From a virus, in the IMG/VR virus record IMGVR_UViG_3300045988_161343: 10,829 nucleotides of DNA; one strand, 5' to 3'. Positions 6,505-10,829 of the stretch are shown here, in pieces; position 1 is the first letter of the stretch, and every line of letters starts with the position of its first letter. The notes under the pieces were generated by a model. It was not told the origin of the DNA. It did no database searches and was given only the letters and a program-made list of their open reading frames with translations. The position numbers and the translations under genes were made by a program.

Positions 6505-6650
6505 AAATGGGCGGTTCATTTGAGCCGCCCGATGTCCTGCACACCGGGCGGCATTTTAATTTTTTAGCATTTTGCACAATTTTTTCATGCAAATTTTGTG
6601 CATCTTGCCAATAGACAAAAATCCTGAAATGTGATATACTCTATAATGTC
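6505..6650 (+). repeat. Class-2 intergenic element, copy 3. Stem-loops at 6509-6530 and 6524-6552 share the CCGCCC segment. It also has the trail ATTTTAATTTTTTAGC, inverted repeat TGCACAA (6572-6578) / TTGTGCA (6596-6602), and promoter TAGACA (6612-6617), 17-nt spacer, TGa-TATACT (6635-6640)
   Basis: About 85% identical to copy 1 across roughly 110 bp, with the same promoter and a different, compensating stem sequence. Confidence 0.75.
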
Positions 6651-6739
6651 AAGAGAGGATAGCGATTAAAAGTGCTTGGTATCATTAGCCGGGCTACACA
6701 ACTTCCTAGGTTCGTGTGTAAAAAAAATAAAATTCCCTC

Positions 6740-6768
6740 TTGACAAACAACACCTGATGTGTTATAAT
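6740..6768 (+). promoter_or_regulatory. Class-1 promoter: TTGACA (6740-6745), 17-nt spacer, TGt-TATAAT (6763-6768), then the leader CCAGAAAGGAATTGATAAATATG
   Basis: Consensus hexamers and the conserved RBS leader before gene A1. It lies about 120 bp downstream of the class-2 promoter, so the two are tandem promoters. Confidence 0.65.
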
Positions 6769-6819
6769 TGAGTCAACAAGTGAAGGAAACACTTAAAAAC
6801 CAGAAAGGAATTGATAAAT

Positions 6820-7206
6820 ATGGAAAAGGTTAAAGCCCCCACCCGCAAGGAAATGTTCACTACTGTTTCTGACTTCCTCGCCCAGCATGATGCAGACACT
6901 GACCTGATTGATTTTGTCAATCACCAGATTGAGCTTCTGGACAACAAGAAGGAAAACAAGAAGCAGGCCAAGGAGCAGGAAGAAAACGCCGCCTATTCTG
7001 ATGCAATCTATGAGCAGATGGCATTCGAGCGTAAGTACAGCGTCGCAGAGCTGATGAAGGAGCTTCCGATGGTCAATGATTGGAACACCAACCATGAGAC
7101 CGAACTGTCGGTTCAGAAGCTCGCAAGTCTGTTGAAGCCGCTGGTCGATGGTGGCAAGGTCATTAAGACCACCGAGAAACGCAGAGTGTTCTACACCAAG
7201 GCGTGA
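6820..7206 (+). CDS. Hypothetical protein A1 (128 aa), paralog of 9099-9476, with a possible winged-helix-like C-terminus
   Basis: ATG 6820 follows the conserved leader. The C-terminal 75 aa are conserved with A2 (YS[VI]AEL[MI]KELP...QK[LM]A.LLK.LV..G.VIKTTEKRRV[FY]YTKA). GC is about 48% and C-ending codons are preferred, unlike upstream genes. Confidence 0.7.
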   Translation: MEKVKAPTRKEMFTTVSDFLAQHDADTDLIDFVNHQIELLDNKKENKKQAKEQEENAAYSDAIYEQMAFERKYSVAELMKELPMVNDWNTNHETELSVQKLASLLKPLVDGGKVIKTTEKRRVFYTKA

Positions 7207-7213
7207 TAAACCA

Positions 7214-7237
7214 TGGGGCGGAGAAATCCGCCCCACT
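7214..7237 (+). other. Intercistronic hairpin GGGGCGGA-gaaa-TCCGCCCC between A1 and B1
   Basis: An 8-bp GC stem with a GNRA-like loop and no following U-tract. It may be an attenuator or RNA-stability element. Confidence 0.5.
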
Positions 7238-7252
7238 AATTAAGGAGAGCCT

Positions 7253-7651
7253 ATGAGAGAGTTGACTGAAAAGGAATGGGCAAAAGTCGATAATCTTGTT
7301 GACAAGCTGGAATGTTCGATTGATGAAGCAGTTGACATTCTGGACGCCGACAAAGCTATTGACCGTAATCAAAAGGTTGATTTTGATTTAAGTCCAGAAG
7401 AACATAAGCAAGCAATGAAACTTGCTAATGTCAAAGAGCATGCGGTCAAGAAAAGCAATGTCTACCGCCCGCGTAAGCCTAATGAAATTAAAGGTGCAAT
7501 TATTGCCAGTTTGTCAAAATATTTGACAGAAACGGCAGATTTTGAAGTGATTGATGAAGAAGTCACAAACAAAGAGCGGACAATTATGTTTACAAGTGGC
7601 GGCAACCGCTACGAATTGACCCTGATACAAAAGAGAGCATCAAAAACTTAA
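7253..7651 (+). CDS. Hypothetical protein B1 (132 aa), paralog of 9569-9931
   Basis: AAGGAGAG Shine-Dalgarno 6 nt before ATG 7253. Shared blocks with B2 are SI[DE]EA..[IV]L[DE].DK.IDR and [NI][RK]Y.LTL[IM]. Confidence 0.7.
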   Translation: MRELTEKEWAKVDNLVDKLECSIDEAVDILDADKAIDRNQKVDFDLSPEEHKQAMKLANVKEHAVKKSNVYRPRKPNEIKGAIIASLSKYLTETADFEVIDEEVTNKERTIMFTSGGNRYELTLIQKRASKT

Positions 7652-7653
7652 AG

Positions 7654-7689
7654 AAAATGCTGGAAAATGAAAATTTTTCCAGCATTTTT
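7654..7689 (+). terminator. Rho-independent terminator (14-bp stem AAAATGCTGGAAAA/TTTTCCAGCATTTT, then TTTTTG)
   Basis: Perfect stem plus T-run directly after the B1 stop. Confidence 0.8.
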
Positions 7690-7735
7690 GTATAATTTAA
7701 TGAATTTTTAAGGATTTTTTGTGTATTTTTATCTA

Positions 7736-7800
7736 TTGACATTTGGGCTGCCCGGCCACGACCTAGCCGGGCAGAATTTCCAATATTTACCAGTTTTACC
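7736..7800 (+). repeat. Class-2-like element, degenerate copy 4. GC stem-loop CTGCCCGGC-CACGACCTA-GCCGGGCAG (7748-7774), then the ACCAATTTTTT segment
   Basis: The stem covaries with the other copies. Its loop CACGACCTA resembles the copy-2 loop CACGGTCCA. The downstream ACCAATTTTTT matches copy 1. Confidence 0.5.
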
Positions 7801-7920
7801 AATTTTTTTACCAAAATCTAGCTTCATTTGATTAAAGTATTAAATCCTTAAAGTGCCGCACTTTACCACATTAAAGTGTTAAAGTGTGCATAAATATTCA
7901 TTGAAAATGAATAAATATTC
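7786..7920 (+). repeat. Iteron cluster. TTTACCA repeats at 7786, 7795, 7807 and 7862. TTAAAGTG repeats at 7832, 7848, 7871 and 7879, plus an inverted copy forming the palindrome TAAAGTG-ccg-CACTTTA (7849-7865). ATAAATATTC direct repeats flank the hairpin TATTCATT-gaa-AATGAATA (7891-7920)
   Basis: Read directly from the sequence: several short direct repeats at roughly helical spacing in an AT-rich stretch. This is a candidate replication origin or complex operator. Confidence 0.55.
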
Positions 7921-7923
7921 TTC

Positions 7924-7952
7924 TTGACATTTTGGGCAAGGTGTGATAATAT
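7924..7952 (+). promoter_or_regulatory. Promoter: TTGACA (7924-7929), 17-nt spacer, TAATAT (7947-7952) with upstream TGTG. A roughly 60-nt leader follows, with the AAAGGATGG Shine-Dalgarno site
   Basis: Consensus -35 box and an A/T-rich extended -10 box directly upstream of the exonuclease gene. Confidence 0.6.
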
Positions 7953-8014
7953 ATAAGAGCAATGAGGGAGCGATGGCAAACCCTGATTGACATTATTAAA
8001 AGGATGGAAACCCT

Positions 8015-8872
8015 ATGACTAAACTTGATAAGCGTCGAAAGTATTACCTGATTCTGGATTGTGAAACTGCGACACTTCCTTATGCCGCAAAGTTTTCCGC
8101 AGATATGAAGAAGAATGTCGCAATCGCCAAGCCGCTGATTTATGATTTGGGATGGCAGATTGTGGATATTCGTGGCAAGGTCTATAAGCGTGCGTCCTAC
8201 CTCATTTCTGAAATTTTCAGTGTTCCCGCAGTTTTCAATACTGCATATTATGCAAGTAAGCGTCCGATTTATCTTGAACGTTTGAAGAATAAGGAAATCA
8301 CGCTTGCAGATTGGAACACGGCTGTTGCAGAACTGATTGAAGATTTGGACGCTGTTGAAGCCGTCGGAGCATATAACAGTATGTTCGACTTCAAAAAGGC
8401 TATTCCATTCACTGAACTTTATGTTTCCAAGCTGTATTCGCCGGATTTCTTTGAATGGGAAGTATATCAGAATAAACGATGTGAAGCAATCGCCCACGGA
8501 AGTAAGCCCCATTCGCAGACAGAATTTGAACCTGATGTTTTCCGCTTCCATGGCAAGACGTATCCGCTATTTGACTTGTGGGGTTTGTCTTGTGAACATC
8601 TGTTGAATAATCCCGACTATAAGCAGATGTGCTATGATAATGAGTGGAGAACGGCAAGTGGTAAATACTATCCGACTAATGCGGAAAAGGCATTTGCCTA
8701 TTGTTTCCAGCAGGAAGATTTTGAAGAAGCCCATACTGCAATCGAGGACGCAATTATTGAGTCTATGCTGTTCGCCCTTATTGGAGAAAAGACCAAGCAC
8801 AAGTTTGAGATGGGTATTGAATATTTTCCCTACAAAAAGTTGGGAAGATTTGACAGTGATTGGGAGCTGTAA
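8015..8872 (+). CDS. DEDDh-family (DnaQ/RNase T/DexA-like) 3'-5' exonuclease
   Basis: Exo I YLILDCETATLP carries the D-x-E pair. Exo II GAYNSMFDFKKA matches the [HY]N..FD motif. Exo III EEAHTAIEDAIIE matches the H-x-A-x-x-D-A motif, and its His makes this the DEDDh subtype. A long insert of about 120 aa lies between motifs II and III. Confidence 0.8.
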   Translation: MTKLDKRRKYYLILDCETATLPYAAKFSADMKKNVAIAKPLIYDLGWQIVDIRGKVYKRASYLISEIFSVPAVFNTAYYASKRPIYLERLKNKEITLADWNTAVAELIEDLDAVEAVGAYNSMFDFKKAIPFTELYVSKLYSPDFFEWEVYQNKRCEAIAHGSKPHSQTEFEPDVFRFHGKTYPLFDLWGLSCEHLLNNPDYKQMCYDNEWRTASGKYYPTNAEKAFAYCFQQEDFEEAHTAIEDAIIESMLFALIGEKTKHKFEMGIEYFPYKKLGRFDSDWEL

Positions 8873-8998
8873 AAGCTCCCATCGCCCTTGTAAAATTATC
8901 ACAGCTACGGTATTGAAATTGCCGTTTTGACAATTATTTCCAGCGTTTCACGATAAAATCTCAGCCGAAAAAAAATCGTGGAAAATTCAATTAAGGTA

Positions 8999-9027
8999 TT
9001 GACAAATCGAAAGGTTTGTGATACAAT
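8999..9027 (+). promoter_or_regulatory. Class-1 promoter: TTGACA (8999-9004), 17-nt spacer, TGtGa-TACAAT (9022-9027). The leader contains the palindromes TGTTCC-aagagag-GGAACA and GGTCGCGACC, then GAAAGGAATTGATAATTATG
   Basis: Consensus hexamers and the conserved RBS leader before gene A2. Confidence 0.65.
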
Positions 9028-9098
9028 ATAATTGTTCCAAGAGAGGAACACAAAATAAATAAGGGTCGCGACCTACCGCTAGAAAGGAATTGATAATT

Positions 9099-9476
9099 AT
9101 GGAAAAGAAGATTACCTATGCCCAGGCCCTGAACACCGTCCTGAACAATGAGAACATCGTCCTTGCGTCTGATGTTCGTGAGAAGCTGGAAGCTCTGCTT
9201 GTCTCTGTTTCCAAGAAGTCCGGCGAAAAGAAGGATACTGCACAGCAGGTCGAGAACGCCATGATGGTGGAGCGGATTTATCAGGAGATGGAAGCCAACC
9301 GGACTTACTCCATTGCCGAACTGATTAAGGAACTACCGGTTGTGGCTGATTTCAATGCCAACCATGAGAACGATATGTCCACGCAGAAAATGGCGAACCT
9401 GCTCAAGACCCTTGTGGAAGATGGCAGAGTGATTAAGACCACTGAAAAGCGGCGTGTCTACTACACCAAGGCATAA
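9099..9476 (+). CDS. Hypothetical protein A2 (126 aa), paralog of 6820-7206
   Basis: ATG 9099 follows the conserved leader. The track's start 9090 is a TTG inside the leader. The C-terminus ...LLKTLVEDGRVIKTTEKRRVYYTKA is nearly identical to A1. GC is high relative to the window. Confidence 0.7.
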   Translation: MEKKITYAQALNTVLNNENIVLASDVREKLEALLVSVSKKSGEKKDTAQQVENAMMVERIYQEMEANRTYSIAELIKELPVVADFNANHENDMSTQKMANLLKTLVEDGRVIKTTEKRRVYYTKA

Positions 9477-9484
9477 GCGAAAAA

Positions 9485-9514
9485 GAAGTAAGGGGAGCTT
9501 TCTCCCCTTACTTC
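9485..9514 (+). other. Intercistronic hairpin GAAGTAAGGGGAG-cttt-CTCCCCTTACTTC between A2 and B2, followed by the palindromic CAGCTAGTTCTAGCTAGCTCCCAGC segment
   Basis: A perfect 13-bp stem with no clean U-tract. It is positionally equivalent to the A1/B1 hairpin but has a different sequence. Confidence 0.5.
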
Positions 9515-9568
9515 TCCCAGCTAGTTCTAGCTAGCTCCCAGCAAACAAAATTCTAATAGGACGGTAAA

Positions 9569-9931
9569 ATGTCAATGACCGTTGAAAAGTTGGCAAATTC
9601 GCTTAAAATCTCTATTGAAGAAGCCAAACAAGTTTTGGAAATGGACAAGCGAATTGATAGGGGCGAAAAGCTGTTTGAGCTGCCGCCGGAGCTTGAAGCA
9701 GGGGCAAAAAAGGCAAGACGTGCTGATCGGAAGAAAGTGGAAAATGTAAAACGGGAACGCAAGCCTGATGAAGATAAAAGGGAGTTAATCCAGTATTTGG
9801 AAAGTTCCTTAGAAGATGCCTACCCCGATTTGGATTTGGGCAATATTACCATTACAAATCCAGAACGAGAAATGGAATTTACTTACAATGGAATTAAATA
9901 CCGGTTGACCCTGATGCGTCCAAGGAAATAG
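9569..9931 (+). CDS. Hypothetical protein B2 (120 aa), paralog of 7253-7651
   Basis: AGGACGG Shine-Dalgarno before ATG 9569. ATG 9575 is an alternative start. Conserved blocks are shared with B1. A basic central region (KKARRADRKKVENVKRERKPDEDKR) suggests nucleic-acid binding. Confidence 0.65.
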   Translation: MSMTVEKLANSLKISIEEAKQVLEMDKRIDRGEKLFELPPELEAGAKKARRADRKKVENVKRERKPDEDKRELIQYLESSLEDAYPDLDLGNITITNPEREMEFTYNGIKYRLTLMRPRK

Positions 9932-9962
9932 ATGGAAGATGGAAACATCTTCCATCCTTTTT
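9931..9962 (+). terminator. Rho-independent terminator (GATGGAAGATG-gaaa-CATCTTCCATC, then CTTTTTGG)
   Basis: An 11-bp perfect stem plus T-run overlapping the B2 stop codon. Confidence 0.8.
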
Positions 9963-10110
9963 GGAATCATAATTGGAAAATATTGGAACAGATGGTAATT
10001 TCAGCCGGTCGTCACTGGAAGTGATGACCGGAATTCTAGAAAAAACCCTCATATGGCAATTTTTTGTTCAATCTAGCAGCCTCTCATATGGCGCATGTTT
10101 TTCCCGAAAC

Positions 10111-10139
10111 TTGCAATTTTTAAAAAAATATTTTATAAT
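10111..10139 (+). promoter_or_regulatory. Promoter: TTGCAA (10111-10116), 17-nt spacer, TATAAT (10134-10139)
   Basis: Near-consensus hexamers about 50 nt upstream of the Shine-Dalgarno site of gene 10192. The upstream region carries direct repeats CTCATATGGC (10067 and 10082) and GCAATTTTT (10052 and 10113). Confidence 0.55.
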
Positions 10140-10191
10140 ATATATACAGAATAAAGAGTTCTGGAAATCTTTATAAAGAGGTAATATACAT

Positions 10192-10587
10192 ATGTATGAT
10201 TTTTATGATCGTCTGATGAAGGGTGAATCCGCAGAGGATATTGCCAAGAGCATCACTGATGAACTGAACAAGGCACAGGCCAAGAGAACAGAAGAGTTGA
10301 AGGCTCGGGCTGAAGCATCCAAGAGAGACCAGACAATGGCCGCGGATGCAGAGGCTATCTGCACTGGCCTGATGAAGTTTGCTAAGGATTATTATGGCTA
10401 TGACATTGAGGTCAAGACCGAAGACCTGATGAAGGTTTTTGATATGGCTGATAAGATTGGTCGTGCCATTGAGGACCTTGGTAAGACGGTTGAGAAGCCT
10501 GCTGAGAAAGTAAAGGCTAAGGTATACAAGGTCAATGGCTCTGCTGATGAAGTCATTGATAAGTTCCTTAACCTGATGGGGTGGTAA
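10192..10587 (+). CDS. Hypothetical protein (131 aa), predicted mostly alpha-helical and Lys/Glu-rich
   Basis: AAAGAGGTAA Shine-Dalgarno before ATG 10192. GC is relatively high, like the A/B modules. A terminator follows directly. Confidence 0.65.
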   Translation: MYDFYDRLMKGESAEDIAKSITDELNKAQAKRTEELKARAEASKRDQTMAADAEAICTGLMKFAKDYYGYDIEVKTEDLMKVFDMADKIGRAIEDLGKTVEKPAEKVKAKVYKVNGSADEVIDKFLNLMGW

Positions 10588-10619
10588 GAAAAGGGCATAT
10601 GCCCTTTTCTTATTTTTTT
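10588..10619 (+). terminator. Rho-independent terminator (GAAAAGGGCAT/ATGCCCTTTTC, then TTATTTTTTTA)
   Basis: A palindromic stem centred on CATATG, followed by a T-run. Confidence 0.8.
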
Positions 10620-10643
10620 ATTTTAGCTGGAAAATTTTGGAAA

Positions 10644-10680
10644 GTCAAATTTGACTTTTATAAAAAAATATGATATAATA
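10644..10680 (+). promoter_or_regulatory. Promoter: TTGACT (10651-10656, inside the palindrome GTCAAAtTTGAC), spacer, TGa-TATAAT (10675-10680)
   Basis: A consensus-like -35 box with an extended -10 box, followed by the Shine-Dalgarno site AGGGTGGTGA and ATG 10721. Confidence 0.55.
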
Positions 10681-10720
10681 TTAAAAAAAGATATAATTGC
10701 ATTAGGGTGGTGAATAATTG

Positions 10721-10829
10721 ATGTCGGTTGATATGGAGAATAGGGGTACCACTGATACAATAGGGGCACAGCACTACTCCACTTTAATACAATTTTTATC
10801 AATTTTACTCCACTTTAATACAATTTTTA
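10721..10829 (+). CDS. Possible 5' end of a gene running off the window. Its hydrophobic tail overlaps the tandem repeat
   Basis: Good Shine-Dalgarno site (GGGTGGTGA, 8 nt) and an open frame to the window end (MSVDMENRGTTDTIGAQHYSTLIQFLSILLHFNTIF...). The embedded 31-bp-period repeat is not a multiple of 3, which argues against coding. Confidence 0.3.
   Translation, partial: MSVDMENRGTTDTIGAQHYSTLIQFLSILLHFNTIF
10775..10829 (+). repeat. Tandem direct repeat TACTCCACTTTAATACAATTTTTA (two copies, period 31 bp), truncated by the window end
   Basis: An exact 24-nt repeat at 10775-10798 and 10806-10829. An AATAGGGG dyad lies at 10739 and 10759. Confidence 0.6.

Noticed and set aside
6661-6740. 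tRNA-like element (GGTTCG motif) in the copy-3 leader
   Set aside because: A T-loop-like GGTTCG is present. There is no acceptor-stem or anticodon-arm complementarity, and no D-loop consensus could be found.
6793-7236. 147-aa minus-strand ORF opposite gene A1
   Set aside because: It overlaps A1, which has a conserved paralog and an RBS. It is an antisense frame within GC-richer coding DNA.
7736-7741. TTGACA just upstream of the copy-4 GC hairpin as an additional promoter
   Set aside because: No acceptable -10 hexamer lies 16-18 nt downstream, since the spacer runs into the GC stem. It more likely reflects the recurring -35-next-to-hairpin architecture than an active promoter.
7898-8551. 217-aa ORF on the minus strand
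   Set aside because: It is antisense to the DEDDh exonuclease gene, whose three catalytic motifs are intact. It has no RBS and its 3' end runs into the iteron and promoter region.
9973-10176. 67-aa + strand ORF between the B2 terminator and gene 10192
   Set aside because: It spans the TTGCAA-17-TATAAT promoter and AT-rich direct repeats. It lacks a Shine-Dalgarno site and its composition is low-complexity.
10775-10829. CRISPR array at the window end
   Set aside because: The two repeat copies are separated by only 7 bp, the period is 31 bp with no spacer-sized unique segments, and no cas genes are present.

Overview
This window is AT-rich (about 35% GC) and all convincing genes lie on the + strand. 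It reads as a phage or other mobile-element early/accessory region from a low-GC Gram-positive host. The host call rests on an AbrB-type regulator, sigma-A-like TTGACA-17-TATAAT promoters and AAAGGA Shine-Dalgarno sites. About 25 short genes are present. Products I can assign are a C-terminal fragment of a nucleoside 2'-deoxyribosyltransferase-family enzyme, a small HAD-family 5'-deoxynucleotidase-like phosphatase, an AbrB/MazE-fold regulator with an extra C-terminal domain, and a DEDDh (DnaQ-like) 3'-5' exonuclease. There is also a run of tiny Cys-rich zinc-finger-like proteins, a membrane protein and a secreted or anchored protein. The non-coding structure is the most striking part. (i) A promoter-plus-leader cassette recurs 8 times, often with the -35 box inside a hairpin and twice with the upstream gene's stop codon inside TTGACA. 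(ii) A second intergenic element of roughly 120-150 bp recurs 3 to 4 times and combines a GC stem-loop with compensatory changes, an operator-like inverted repeat and a promoter. (iii) An iteron-rich, AT-rich region sits upstream of the exonuclease gene and looks like an origin or complex operator. (iv) A two-gene module of unknown function is present as two diverged paralogous copies, with higher GC than its surroundings and an intercistronic hairpin in each copy. (v) A tandem direct repeat is cut by the window end. No rRNA, tRNA, CRISPR array or transposase was seen.
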